From the NCBI RefSeq assembly GCF_001194135.2, contig NC_068984.1:93203372-93267371 (forward strand): a DNA stretch of 64,000 bases, in the 5' to 3' direction. This stretch comes from Octopus bimaculoides (Eukaryota). Below are positions 27,613 to 43,000 of this stretch, one piece after another (within the stretch, counting starts at the first letter, position 1; each line of letters opens with the position of its first letter). Below the pieces are notes generated by a model. The model was given only the letters and a program-made list of their open reading frames with translations. It had not been told where the DNA came from and made no database searches. The position numbers were made by a program, and so were the translations under genes.

Positions 27613-30600
27613 ATACATATATGTGTACACACACAAACACATACTTTCATACAGGTACGCGCGCCGCTACACGCACACACAGTCTCATACAGTTATTCAT
27701 GTACACACATACACAGTCTCATGCAGTTATGCACGTGCACACACACAGTCTCATATAGTTATGCACACACACACAAACACAGTCTCATTACAGTTAAGCA
27801 TACATGCACAAACACACTCAAACTCACAGTCTCATACAGTTACATGCATGCGCATGTACACACATACACACACCCCAGCAGACAATCAGTGTCATATTTT
27901 TCATTTATTTATTATTTATTGGTACGCTATAATCTTTGTAGGGCTAGTTGAGGGAGGAGGAGGGTGTAGTAACTATAGCAGACTGACATGTACTGATAAA
28001 CTGACACATCAGTCTTACCAAACTAATTTTATTAATATGTAGATTATACATATTACTGTGAGCAAAAGAGAAAAAAGAAGTTAAAAGATGCTTTTTCAAT
28101 GGATGACTTCCAAATAAAATTTAAGACACAGCCTCAATCTGTTGTTTTGTATGTGTATAAGTAAACTGAATATTTCTAAATATATTGTATTGATCTTTTA
28201 TTCTTCTTGTCTATCTAATTCTATGAATAAAGTGTTTATTATGTTAGGTTGCGCCTCAAGCATGGCACAGACTGGGCTGCCATTGGTGCTGTATTGGGCC
28301 GAAGTGCATCATCTGTCAAAGATAAATGTAGACTAATGAAAGATACCTGTAATTCAGGTACGGTAAAACTTCCTTTTTATGTTTTTTTTTTTTCCTTGAA
28401 AAGGAAATTATTCTACTCTTTCTTCAAGCAATTTTATGGGACACTATTGTATCTCGTGCTGTTATGCAACTTATTTGATTGACATGTTTAAATGTTTAAG
28501 CTTGTACTATTTTCAGCTTCTCTCTATTTTGATTTGTTTGTCAGGGAAATGGCTCCCAGAAGAAGAACAGCGACTTACAGATGCTGTGTGTGAATTATCA
28601 GGAGCACAGCCAGGTATTTTTCTATTTTATGTTACATTTTTAAATAGGAAGTACAGGTGTTTGGAAATGAATCATAAGTTGGATTTTATTCGTCTCTGTT
28701 TTGTATAAAATTGATATGCTCCGGGAAGAGTAAAATTAAAGTCCCAAATGAAAATAAGCTGTTTTGTTTCTTCAGATAAATTTAGTAATTATTATGAATC
28801 AGATTTCTCTTGGGAGTTTTAATTTTGAGAGCTGGTCTTTATAAAATTTCTGTTCTTAGTAATGCAATAGGTTATGCATATATTTGTCTTTTAACAGTAA
28901 TTTTGGTTAGGGATTTGTGACTGATTGCAAAGTGGTAAGGTAGGTGCAAACCTTACTGTTGTTTGTGCAGCAGTAGTTTTACATGAAAGGCTGAGTTAAG
29001 AAAATAGCTGAGGCAAGTTGGATTTTTAAAAACTAGAATTTAGTGCTATACTTCATCATACAACTTTCTTTGCATCCAAGTATTCTTTTTTTTTCCAGTG
29101 TTATCATCATCATTTTATGTCTGCTTTCCATGTCAACATAGGTTGAATGGATCATCACAATCCAGAACCTTCTTAATTGGGAACTACTACACCAATAAAC
29201 TGGTGTTCATACATGTCATTTGACTTAATTTCTAAAGCTGGATGTTCTTCTTGCCAACCACTTTAAGTGTATTGATTGCATTTTTGAGCTATTAGAGTTG
29301 TTGTCTCACTCACCAATTACTCTTGAGGGAGTGTAATTTGTCAACTTTCCATTGTGGCACAGGTACAGCAGGGTTGGTGACTTGTATATAGAACATTATA
29401 GAAATTAGTCAGGGATCTAAGAAGAAAAATAGTGGGGCACTTTGAGAGGCATCAGGTAGTGGAAGGGTGCCAAAGTAAAGGTGGATGATGGGTAAGAGTA
29501 GATGCTGGTTGGCAACGGAAGTGTCTCTGAGGAGGAAGAGTGATGGCTAGTAGTACAGAAAGCTGAAGTTAGAGTGTATTGTGTTGAAGGATAAAGATGG
29601 CACAATGCAGTTTCTTATACATTAGCCTGTGAAAGGATGTGGGTGAACCAATGCAGTCTCTGATAGATGGGCCTAATGAAGGGCAAAGGAGTCAGATTAT
29701 TTGGGTCTGATAATGTCTCTTACATAAAGTCCCTTGTAGTGGGATGAGAATTGATTGATTCAGTTCTTCATACATAGGTCTAGGGAAGGACAAGGGAGTC
29801 AGAATGAAGCAGAGGATATGGACAGTACTAGTAATAGGAAGATGAGATAGAGTGCTGTGAGTGAGAGAAAGAGGCTGGGTTTAAAGGGGAGGTAAGAGAG
29901 CAATAGAATGATGAGGGGGTTCAAAAGAATATCTGAGAGAGGTCAGCAAGATGTACACTTGGCAGAGTATAAAGTGCTTCAAATTCTAAAACACTACTCT
30001 CATGTTGGGTATCTTTTGTCGTAGGTAGTTGGATTTCTGTAGCATTGTATAATGCCAATCTGTACAGTCCCTTGTCATCTCCTTAATGCAATGTAACATT
30101 TTCGTATCAGCCTTCACTCTTCATCTCATGTCTTCTTGAGTCTTCCTTTTCCATGTGTTCCATTACCTTGGAGTTCTTGACAGTTATTTCTGCAGCAGTC
30201 ATCCTCCATATGCCCATATCAGTACAGTCTTGTACATTGCACCTGATTCCTCTTATACCCAGTTTTTTTTCTCAACTCATTCATACTTTGGCAGTCATGC
30301 ACATTGACGTTACATATCCATCAGAGCCTACTTGTTTCATTTCTTTCCAGCCTTTGCAAGTCTTCTGCATTTAAGACCCACATTTTGTTACCCAGCAAGT
30401 ATTGTGGTTCTAAATCATGCATCATATAATCTGCCCCCAACAGGAATTAAACATTGTTACCATTATCAATACTTCAAAGAGGTAGCGAGACAGTGCTGGC
30501 AGACTGGGTAGAGTGTCAGACAAAACCTGTCTTTCCTTTTTAAGGCAGCAAACTGGTAGAATCATTACCACACCTGGTAAAATGCTTAGTGCCATTTTGT

Positions 30601-33600
30601 CTGTCTTTACATTCTGAGTTCAAATTCCACCAAAGTCAACTTTGCCTTTCATCCTTTCAGAGTGATTAAAATAAGTACCATTCGATCACTGGGGTTCATA
30701 TAATTGATTTACCTCCTCCCCACCCAAAGTGTTGGCTTTGGGCCAAAATTTTAAACCAATATTTTATATAAGTGACACATCTTTTAAGTAAACATCTGTC
30801 TTCTATAATTTATTTCCACCACTAAAGTTTTAGTCGCAATTTTACTCTTGTTTACATATAAATAATATATTATTTGTAGCAAAACTAAAAAGGAATAATT
30901 ATGTTAATTAATAAAATCTTTTTAACATTATTTACTCAAGAACTTCTTCATATTCACATTTTGCTTAGCTCTCTTCTATGTTATTATTATTATTATTATT
31001 ATTAATATTATATACAATGTGGCTCTCTTGTCTCTCTTTCTCTCACAGCATTCCAACTGTTGCCTCAATTTTTGTCCATTTCCGTTTTCTTCACTACTTT
31101 TTGTTTATCTAGCCACTTCTCCTGTCTAATTATTATGTGAGTGATTTTAAAAAATTGATTCATTTTTATCCACCATTTATTTCAAATGCAAATGCATTGT
31201 AAAAAATAATGCTGATAAATGGAATACTATTAGTGATACTAAAATCACTTCTTATAATGCCAATTTTCCTTCCAAAACGATGAACATTGTTGCTTTGGTT
31301 TTGAAATAATTTAATTGAAATGAAATAACAGGCCTAAATAATAATTATAAAATAAAAATTAAAAATCAGTAGTGGCCTTTCCCCCATAAAAACCAACAGT
31401 CACCTCAACATGGTATGGGGGTGAACCAGAAATTGGGCTAACGGAGGCAATGATACTTGAATGATAATCTAAATAATGAATGATATAATATAACTTTAAA
31501 AACAAGAAATTTATTGGAAAAAAATGGTGTATTTTACATGCCACCTGCACAGGAGCCAGTTCGACAGCACTGGCAATGATCTCGCTCGAATGTCTTTACA
31601 TGTGCCATCTAGCACAAGTGCCAGGAAGGCGATGCTGGGCACAGGTGCCATTGACGGTTTCGCTTTCGCTTACCCCAATAAGTCTTCGCAAGCCGAGTTT
31701 CGTTTCCAATGAAGGAGACGATGTTGGCATGGGTGCCAGTCGTCGAATTTAATTCGGTTTCGATTTCACTTGCCTCAACAGGTCTTCGCCAGCGGAGTTT
31801 AGTGTCCAATGAAGGAAGGCACGTATAAGTGGGCTGCCTGAGGCCTTTGATTTAGGTCTCACTTGGCTTGCTGGGTCGTCTCACGCACAGCATATTTCCA
31901 AAGGTCTCGGTCAGTAGTCATCGCCTCGGTGAGGCCCAATGTTCGTAGGTCGTGCCTCACCACCTCATCCCAGGTCTTCCTGGGCCTACCTCTTCCACAG
32001 GTTCCCTCCACTGCTAGGGTGTGGCACTTTTTCACACAGCTATTCTCATTCCATTCTTGCTACATGACCATACCAGCGCAATCGTCTTTCTTGCACACCA
32101 CAACTGATGCTTCGTAAGTTCAACTTTTAACACTCTGTCTAGTATGCACACTTACATTACACATCCATCGGAGCATACTGACTTCATTCCATGCGAGCCT
32201 ACGCATGTCCTCAGCAGTCACAGCCCATGTTTCACTGCCATGAAGCATGGCTGTTCGTACACATGCGTCATACAATCTGCCTTTTACTCTGAGNNNNNNN
32301 NNNCGTACACATGCGTCATACAATCTGCCTTTTACTCTGAGAGAGAGACTCTTTGTCACCAGCAGAGGTAAGAGCTCTCTGACCTTTGCCCAGGCTATTC
32401 TTATTGTAGCAACTACACTTTCAGTGCACCCACCCCCACTACTAATTTGGTCACCAAGATAGCGGAAGCTATCAACCACTTCTAGTTTTTCTCCCAGGAA
32501 TGTGGCAGAAGTTGTTTTCTGCACATTCATCATCATCATCGTCATCGTTTAACGTCCGCTTTCCATACTAGCATGGGTTGGACGATTTGACTGAGGACTG
32601 GTGAAACCAGATGGCTACACCAGGCTCCAATCTGATTTGGCAGTGTTTCCACGGCTGGGTGCCCTTCCTAACGCCAACCACTCAGAGAGTGTAGTGGGTG
32701 CTTTTACATGTCACCCGCACGAAGGCCAGTCNNNNNNNNNNNNNNNNNNNNNNNNNNNNNNNNNNNNNNNNNNNNNNNNNNNNNNNNNNNNNNNNNNNNN
32801 NNNNNNNNNNNNNNNNNNNNNNNNNNNNNNNNNNNNNNNNNNNNNNNNNNNNNNNNNNNNNNNNNNNNNNNNNNNNNNNNNNNNNNNNNNNNNNNNNNNN
32901 NNNNNNNNNNNNNNNNNNNNNNNNNNNNNNNNNNNNNNNNNNNNNNNNNNNNNNNNNNNNNNNNNNNNNNNNNNNNNNNNNNNNNNNNNNNNNNNNNNNN
33001 NNNNNNNNNNNNNNNNNNNNNNNNNNNNNNNNNNNNNNNNNNNNNNNNNNNNNNNNNNNNNNNNNNNNNNNNNNNNNNNNNNNNNNNNNNNNNNNNNNNN
33101 NNNNNNNNNNNNNNNNNNNNNNNNNNNNNNNNNNNNNNNNNNNNNNNNNNNNNNNNNNNNNNNNNNNNNNNNNNNNNNNNNNNNNNNNNNNNNNNNNNNN
33201 NNNNNNNNNNNNNNNNNNNNNNNNNNNNNNNNNNNNNNNNNNNNNNNNNNNNNNNNNNNNNNNNNNNNNNNNNNNNNNNNNNNNNNNNNNNNNNNNNNNN
33301 NNNNNNNNNNNNNNNNNNNNNNNNNNNNNNNNNNNNNNNNNNNNNNNNNNNNNNNNNNNNNNNNNNNNNNNNNNNNNNNNNNNNNNNNNNNNNNNNNNNN
33401 NNNNNNNNNNNNNNNNNNNNNNNNNNNNNNNNNNNNNNNNNNNNNNNNNNNNNNNNNNNNNNNNNNNNNNNNNNNNNNNNNNNNNNNNNNNNNNNNNNNN
33501 NNNNNNNNNNNNNNNNNNNNNNNNNNNNNNNNNNNNNNNNNNNNNNNNNNNNNNNNNNNNNNNNNNNNNNNNNNNNNNNNNNNNNNNNNNNNNNNNNNNN

Positions 33601-33836
33601 NNNNNNNNNNNNNNNNNNNNNNNNNNNNNNNNNNNNNNNNNNNNNNNNNNNNNNNNNNNNNNNNNNNNNNNNNNNNNNNNNNNNNNNNNNNNNNNCGATA
33701 AGCCAGCTGGAGGAGATGTTCTCCTGGGGCTAAAAGCAACAGTAACATCCACCCTTAGGGGTCAGCCACATTTAAATGGCAAATATACTTCACTTTATTG
33801 TGCAGTTACTGTTAATACCTCGTTCAGAGATTTAAC

Positions 33837-33870
<34 letters not shown>

Positions 33871-36800
33871 GTATGTGTTTATGTTTGTGTGTCTGTGTTT
33901 GTCCCCCCCAACATCGCTTGACAACCGATGCTGGTGTGTTTATGTCCCCATAACTTAGCGGTTCAGCAAAAGAGACCGATAGAATAAGTACTAGGCTTAC
34001 AAAGAATAAATCCTGGGGTCGATTTGCGCAACTAAAGGCGGTGCTCCAGTATGGTCACAGTCAAATGACTGAAACAAATAAAAAAGTAATCTAATCATAC
34101 ATATATATACAATATTCACACAATATTTCTATTATGGAAAGTTGTAAAACATCCCACTCTACATACTGCACCTTTACAGAATGCACATTGGAAAGAAGTT
34201 TCAACTGGCCATCCAGTGGGAGTTTTTCTTTGTTGATGTAGACATTCACGGCACTGCCTTTTGCGACCCCCTATTTTTTTCTAATTTATGTAGATCGATT
34301 TAACTCAGAGGGATATCTCTCTGGCAGGCTTTGCTTTTCCTTCCTGGAGTTATTTTTTTTTTGGAGGAATAACCTGCCCTCAACTGCGTTGCTACAGCTG
34401 CTCAGAACTGCAGATGGTCACACCGCTTGTAAGTCCCTCCTGATTTGGTATATAATATAAATACATTTACAATGCTCATATTTACTATATACCAAACCAG
34501 GTATCGCCACCATTTATTACCCGGTCTACCAACCAGATAATAACTCATCATCTGGTTCAGCCAATCCACACCGTCCATATATCTGTTATAATCAAGGTTC
34601 ACAAGCGGGGTGCCATTTTCATCTACACATGGTCGTGCACTGGTTTGGATGATCTGCCCCATGTGCTTTACTTTTATATGTCAGACTTGTTTGCGACCTT
34701 TTAGTAGGACAGGAGAATTCCTAGTTCTTTGGGTCGAGGAGTGGTGGTACTGCCAAGAAAGGACCCAAACAAGGGGTATCAAATAGAAAGTTTTAGGCCC
34801 ATAATGTTGCTGAGTGCAGATTTTGGCCAGGTGTTTACAAGGAGATTGGCACTTGTTGAAAAACTGATTGATGATGTGCTATCCCAAGCAGATCCATCCA
34901 CAACAACTACCACATCATGCAACAAATCATAGACAATGGTGGGTAAAGAAGTTGGCATTAGTGGGGCCCTGGTCAATTTGGATCAGTCTAAAGCTTTTAA
35001 TAGGGTTGATCACCAATACTTTACAGCCTTTCTCACAGTAGCCAGTTTTGGTCTTGTTTACTGTGGCTGGATTGCTACAACATACAGCAACATCTGCTCA
35101 GTAGTTCAGGTGTATGAATACTTATCAAAACCATTCAGCATCATACACTTAATCTGTTAAGGATTGTCTTTTCTTGTCTCTTCTGTATGTATTGACTTTA
35201 AATCCACTACTGCGAAAATTGGATGTAGTGAGAGGCATCCCATATGATATAGGTCATGGGAGAACCATGACAGCATATCATCATCATCATCATCATCATC
35301 ATCGTTTAACGTCCGCTTTCCATGCTAGCATGGGTTGGACGATTTGACTGAGGACTGGTGAAACCGGATGGCAACACCAGGCTTCAATCTAATTTGGCAG
35401 AGTTTCTACAGCTGGATGCCCTTCCTAACGCCAACCACTCAGAGAGTGTAGCATACACAGGTAATATTACAACCATAGTGTCAAACACCAAGCACATAGA
35501 CCTGACCTAGTCAGCATTGCCTTAAAAGAAATGATGTGGTGACAGGAGTGAAAATTAACCAAGAAAAGTCAGTGGACCTGTAGCTAGGCACCTGGAGAGG
35601 TAGGTCCATGCTGTCTAATAATGTCATGGCTTGCTGGACAGAGGGACCAGTTAAATTGCTCAGGAGATGGTTTGGTCCAGATCTCCAGAACTGGGTTGAG
35701 GTGACAAACAGGGTAGCCAATCTAATCCAGAAATGCATGAGACTGCTTACATTGCCGCCATCATATGCTACTGCTTGGCCATCGTGACTTGCCCCTGTTT
35801 ATATCTTGCTAAATTGGAACATATACTCTTTCACTTTCTGTGGAAGGGATGCATTCCATTGTTCAGGTGCTCCATTTGCATTTAAAAACCCAGCTGAATG
35901 GAGGGCTGGGCTTGCCATGGCTGCTGATATGCAGACATGCACAGAGACTATGATATCTCCAGTGTTTCCTTGACAGTGAGCAGGTGTGGTCACTATTTGT
36001 CAAACAGGATTCTCCACAGCTTATCTCTTTAGCTGAGCTGCAGTCCTGGATCAAGCATAGACTGGGGCAGGGCACCTGAAACCTAGAGTATCCTCAGGCG
36101 CTCACAGTCTTCTGCTAGTCAGGCAATTCGGTTGGTGGAAGTTCCACTTTGGCATCATAGAAGGTTAGTTGCAGGCAAGTGCAACAACATTCTCAGAGAG
36201 ACTTTGGACATCAATGAGAATCAATTGGCTGATTTGTTCTGGAGGACTTTAGGGCAGGGGCCTTTGGATAATTTCCAGAAATCCTTCGCTTAGCAGTGTT
36301 GTCAGAAGCATTGTCTGTTCAGGATAAACTTTACAGGCATGGAAGTGCCGTCATCAATAAAACTGTTTTGCATGCTCCCAAGAATTGCTGACTTGTAGGT
36401 TTATGTCAAACATCTGCTGTCACATGTAGGGTGAATCTAGCTTTCAGTTGAATCCATTGTGAAGATTGTCTTGCTGCCTTCCTTTGGCCAGGAAGGGTAG
36501 ACAGTTTTCTTTTTTTTTGTCTGGGGTCCTTATCAAAAGAGGTAATGTGGTGGACCAGATTGAAAAGGCTGAAGACAGATACTTTTCTCTTTAGCCAAGT
36601 ACTTATCAACTTTTTCAAGTTTCACTTGAAAGAAAAACTGAGAATAGAGAGGGAAGTGCTGCCTTCCAACAATTTTGTTAAGAGATTGGTGAATATTGCA
36701 TGAATGAGCCTACTCAAGGCATGTGCCTGTAGGTTGGAGAAGAACAATGTGAAGGGGGCACTTGCTTTTGTGGTTAGAGTGACCAAGGTTTTGTGGGGTC

Positions 36801-36957
36801 TCCATGAACAGCTGTAAGAAATCTTCTTCAGAGGAATTATTCATTATTATAATCTTGTTTTACTAATTTTTACTTTTTACATGCCAGCACATTGTATTGT
36901 CCTGTACCATTCCCAATGTTTTTGTGAACTCTAGGTGATTAATAAAGAAAGCATTAC

Positions 36958-37002
<45 letters not shown>

Positions 37003-37026
37003 TATTATTATCATCATCATCATCAT

Positions 37027-37058
<32 letters not shown>

Positions 37059-40000
37059 ACAACAACAACAATGTAGGGACAAGGCCAAAAATCTGTGAGG
37101 AAAGGAACTGTCAATTAAGTCAGCCCACAGATGATTTAATCAATTAAGGAATAGCAGAGGGTAAGAGCTTTGCCAATGTTTTATAGCATGAGGTATTCAG
37201 GATCACAAAGCAGTGTATCAGAGAGAATAGGGATGTGCTGGGGAAGAAATGTGCATGAATAGATAATGGTATATTTGCACTTAGTGACTCAGTAAAAAAA
37301 GATGCATGGAAGTGCCACTATGAAAGGTTGCTAAATGTGGAAAATGCATGGGAAAAGGAGAGTTTCAAATATTGAACCAACTGAGGGACCAGCCACCAGA
37401 GTTGACAGCAGTATAATAGATAAGGCAGTTAAAGATATGAAGACAGGAAAGCCCTTAGACCATCAAGAATCACTGCTGAGATGATTAAAATATTTGGTGG
37501 TGTAGGATACAGCCTAGTCACTTGTATAGTTAATCAGGTTATTCAGGAAGGCGTCATCCCCAATGACTAGTGTAGTAGTATTATAGTTAGTTGCTACAAG
37601 GGTAAAAGTGATGCCTTAAATATAAACAACTACAGAGGTATTAAACTGCTGGTTTGTGTGATGAACATTACAGGGTGATTTATAGCTCAATTGGTTAGAA
37701 ATAGGTTTAAACTGAGATGCAGTTTGACATCTTCCTAGGAAGACAGCTGCAGGAAAAGTATTTGGCCAAAAGTAAACAATTGTACTTGGCTTTCATCGAC
37801 TTGGAAAAAGTTTTTGACAAAGTCCCTCATTTTGTTATCTTGTATTCTCTAAGGAAGTTAGGAGTAGAGGAGTGGCTTGTTAGGGCTATACAAGCCATGT
37901 ACAGCAGTGTTGTCAGTATGGTGAGAGTTGGTCATGAATATACAGTGATGAATTTAGTGTACAAGCAAAGGTTCACCAGGGTTCAGTTCTCAGTCCATTC
38001 CTATTCATCATAGTCCTCCAGGCTATAACTGAGGAATTCAAAACTGGATTGGATGCCTGTGGGAACTATTCTATGCTGATGACCTTGCTCTTATTGTGGA
38101 ATCTGTAGCAGAATTGGAGAAGAAATTCCAGGTATGAAAGCAAAACCTGGAATCAAAGAGCCTTAAAGTTAACCTAATAAAGACCAAAGTTGTTGTTTGC
38201 AAGAAAACAGATAAGGGTTTCTTTCTGTCAAGTAAATGGTCTTGCTCAATATGGACACATAAGAGGTGCAGTGGAATCACAGATAAAGTCATCTTCATAT
38301 ATGCAGATAAGCAGGAACAATAAGCACTAAGGACACACTGGACTTAGACTCTCTCAAGTGCTCAGGAGGCTCTCTTGAGGTAATAGATAGTTTCTGTTAC
38401 ATAGGTGACCAAATTAGCAATGGTGGACAATGTTCTAAAAGTATTGTTTCTAGAACAAGAATAGGATGGAGGTGGTTCAGAGAGTTATTACCTATGTTAG
38501 CAACAAAAGGAATCTCTCTCAGAGTGAAAGGTAGATTGCATGATGCCTGTGTACAAATGGTTATACTCCATGTAGTGAGACATGGGCTCTGAATCCAGAA
38601 GGCATGCCTAGACTAGAGAGGAGTGAATGCAGTATGCTCTGTTGGATGTGCAACATCAGTGTGCATGTAAGACAAAGTGCAAATGTGTTAAGACAAAAGT
38701 TGGGGATAGGAGAAATCAGATGCAGCATGCAAGAGAGAAGGCTATGTTGATTTGAACACGTGATGCATATGAATGTAGACAGCTGTACAGAGAAATGCTG
38801 ATTGCTGAAAATGGGTGGCACCTGTCAAAGTGGAAGACACAGGATGAAGTAGTGGGGATCAATTTCAGGATATTAGGCCTCACGGAGGAGATGACAATGG
38901 ACTGAGATGTCTGGTGATATGAGGTTCTTGAGAAGACTCACCCACTTCAGTGAAACTGAGTTATAGAAACACTGTTTTCTACTCACATATCACAAAAACT
39001 TATCACATACCCTACCCCAATAAGTCAATGCATCTCTTCTCTTCCTCACATTTCCTCTTTTCATGCATTATGCTTATCTCTTGCTCCCTAATTCTGTCCC
39101 CACTGCTCTGCTTACTCTATCATTGCTATCCTGTAGTCCCCCACCCCCTCTATATACCCAGATTTCACCAGTCACTGCATCTTCCCCAGTTCTTGCATCC
39201 ATGTGAAGTCTCTACTCCCTACTCACACACCTTGGGCAATACCCTGCCATTTATATTCTGAACCCCATACCCTGAGAGTATACCCAGGCATTTCGCCACT
39301 ATCTATCTCTCTCTTGCTCTACTCTACCATTTATATTCTGATCCATTCCTTGTAAGTATGCCTTGGCACTTTGCCACCATCTCTCCCCTACTCTCTTCCA
39401 CTCTGTCTCTCTTTCTCTTGCTCTCTTCCTCTGGCTAGGTAACCATGTATCTACTCTACAGCAACACACCTGTTTTTGTCCTAACCTTTCATCATCTGGC
39501 ACAAGATCACCTCCTTCAATGCCCCCTCCCCTTTCAAAGGATCTTTGTCTTACAGGTTACTTGGTGACCCTGCCAGTGCTGATGCCACATAAAAAGCATC
39601 CAGTCCATAACATAATGTGGTTCACATTTGGAAGGGCATCCAGCTGTAAATACCATGCCAAAACTGACTTCGACTGGTTGGTGTTAGAAAGGGTATCTAA
39701 CTATATAAAAAAACATGCCAAAATAGACACAGAAGCCTCGTGCAGTCTTCTTCATAGCCAGCTCAAATTGTCCAGCCCACGCGGGACGTTAAATGATGAT
39801 GATGGTGTTACTTTATCAACTTTGAAAGGATCAAAGGCAAAATTATTTTGGCAAGATTTGAAATGAAAGTTTTCCAGCTCTTTCTCTTCAGAGTTCAAAT
39901 GTTGCTGAGATCAGCTTATTCTTTCCATCTTTTGGGAGTTGATAAAATAAAATATCAGTCAAGTAGTGGAATTGATGTAATTATCTATTTCTTTCTTTGA

Positions 40001-43000
40001 GTTCAAATCTCACTGAGGTTAACTTTGCCTTTTGTCTTTCCAGGTTTGATAAAATAAGATACCAGATTTAACCCTTTAGTATTGAATCTGGCCATATCCA
40101 ACCCAAATTTTCTACCTGTTTTATGTTCAAACTGGCCACATCCAGTCTTTTGCACCTACCCTACAATGTCATTGTAAAAATAACCAATCACATCATCAAA
40201 ACCTTGAAGCTACAATGTAATGCATGATTAATTCAAAACAATGTGAATATATAATAAATATTACATTTGACAGAGAAAGCTGAATGCTAAAGGATTACAT
40301 ATCTCAAAATTGCTGGCCTTGTACCTAAATTAGAGGTCATTGTAATATTTTGTCCAAGCAAGCTTGACGAGATAATAATGGTAATATTATTTATTTACTT
40401 TGGAAAGGTGAGAATATTACCCATGGTTTATCATGGGCTGCTGTTTCTGAAAGGGTTGGTACAAGATCTGAGAAACAGTGCCGTACCAAGTGGTTGAACT
40501 ATCTTAACTGGAAACAGCAAGGAGGTGCTGAATGGACAAGACTTGATGATATCAACTTAATATTAAAGTAAGTTTTACTTAATTTGAAAGTAAAAGTTAC
40601 ATTTTGAAATTATTTGTTTTGAGCATAATACATTCTTAATCTTTTTGATACTAATCTGCCTGAAACTGCCTCCTTGTTTTAAAGTGATCTTAATTAAACC
40701 CTTCCATCAGAATTTCATACTAATTTATGTTTCAAATACTATCTTAATAATGACAAAGTTTTTGTTTTTTTTATATATAAATTCTTTATTTTTTAAATTA
40801 ATTGAAATGAAGACTGTATTTCAACAAAAGTGTGGTGACAAAAAGGTTAAGGTTGTTTCTTAGAGCCATGTTAAGCATAAAGGTTTTCATTATATTGCTT
40901 CTATATTTGTCATTTGTATAGTTATTGTTTATATTTGCTGTTGTGATGAAGTAGCTTGTGAACAAACATAAAATCAATCTTGAACAACTAAAAGTAATGC
41001 AAAAGATTTCAGAGATTTTTAAAAATTTTTATACAGGATGTCATCATCATCTGTAACAGATGAAACACAAATTGATTGGAATGAATTAGCCAAAGATTGG
41101 CCCAGGTAATTTTCCACCATTGTTTGAATAGTATAGTATTAGATTTCACTATCTAAATATTCAAATTATATTGCTATAATAACCTCGTTACAATGCTATA
41201 GAGTTTCTGAGTTGCAGTTTTGTCATAATTTCTTCATCAAATGATATCTTTGTTTTTCTAAATACCTTAAAAATTGTTATGTAGTCAATTCTCGTTGCTT
41301 TGGAACTTTCGATTATAAATCCCATTAAACAAGGTAAGCAATATATACATTCTGTACTTTCATTATAATTGTTTTTATTCCTGTTATTACTTAGTGTTCG
41401 GTCCCCACAATGGCTGCGAGGCAAGTGGTGGTCTCTAAAAAGGCATGTCCCTGACTATCAAGTACTCTCATTTTCTGGTAATTATATTTGTCTTATTTAT
41501 ATTTCTTTAGTCCTTTAATCCTTTTGAAGAATACCTTGAAACAACAACATCTAGGTGTCTGGAAAAGTATTGCTGTGTCAGTCTTTTGTGGATTATTTCC
41601 AGTGTTTTCACCATTAGCAATCACCATAACAGTGATTAACAAATGAGACAATTCTAAACTTTTTTTTTGTTGGAAGTTTAGTATCTACCATTATTGGCCT
41701 TAGGAAGCTAATTTACTGTGTAGAAATGTTTATAAAAACATTAAGTGGTGCAGGTGATGAAGATTGATAATTTAATTATAAAAGGGTACTGACTGTATTT
41801 TTAATTATTGAAAAATAATGGGTTTGTTTTAGCACCTACTTCATCTTTAAATTATCAAATAATCTCATTTTGTAGGTTTTAAAATGTTTTTTACATATCC
41901 AGCTAAACCTAGAATTGAGAGGCCACAAAGTAAGCTTAACAGAGATTATTTAGTAAGTAGGAAAGAAAAGACCCTGGTATATTCAGGTATAATCTGCAGA
42001 AAAAGAGTCAGTATAAACTCCATGCGCTATAGCCAATGTAAGCTATAAATACAAAAGAAGTACAGTGGAATCACAGGCAAACTAACAGAAAATGTAAGCC
42101 TTTTTATGTGCCAGATGCACTGGAGTAATATATACTATGAGAAATAGATTCTCTTAAGTCCCAGATGGTTCAAGTGAAGTTGTTGGTAGCTTTTGTTACT
42201 TAGGAGATAAAATTAGCAGGAGCGGCAGATGCTCTGAAAGTTTAGTGGCTAAGGTAAGAACAGGTTGCAGAAAGTTATGGAAGCTACTACCACTGCTGAC
42301 AACTAATATCTTTTTCCTCAGAGGAAAGAACAGACTGAATGATGCTTGTGTTAGAACTGTGATGCTGCGTTCTTGTGTTAGAACTGTGAAGCATGATTCT
42401 TGAATGCAGAAGACTTGCAAAGATTGGAAATTAACATGCTGCATTTTATGTGCAGTGTAAGTTTTCATGAACAACAAAGTACAAATGTGTTGAGAGAAAA
42501 ATTGGGCATAAGTGGAATTAAGTGTAGTGTACAAGAAAAATGGTTGTGCTGATATGTGATGTGTTTGTTGAGGACAACTGTATATAGATAGAAGTATTCA
42601 TCACTTAATATAGATGGAGCTTATGGAAGAGAGAGACACAGGAAGACATGAAACAAAGTAGTAAAGATTGATCTGAGGACTGCAAAACTCACAGGGAAAG
42701 GGCTCTTCAAACTTTCCCACCACCTGTCATCTCTCTGTCACTGGCCTAACTGCAGTAGTCTGCTGCTGAATTTACATGAGAACAGAACTGCATTTTCCAT
42801 CTTTTTCTCTTTCTCTATACCCAGACCCATTTCACTTGACATCCATCCTTCATGTCCCTCTCTGGACAGAGAAAGAAAATCAGCAATAAAAATCAGGGCA
42901 GATTTACTAAAGCCTACAGTCAGTTGAGTTACTTCTGCTATTCATGAGATAAGTATATTTTCCACTTAAATATTTGCTTATATACAACAAGAATGCCATG

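Noticed and set aside
27322-28042. His/Thr-rich ORFs (also poly-Ile/Asn at 36863-37147 and poly-CV at 61008-61262)
   Set aside because: Translations of microsatellite or minisatellite sequence with no coding evidence.
32254-32341. Tandem duplication inside the RTE
   Set aside because: An identical ~38-nt overlap on both sides of a 10-N gap is a typical contig-join artefact.
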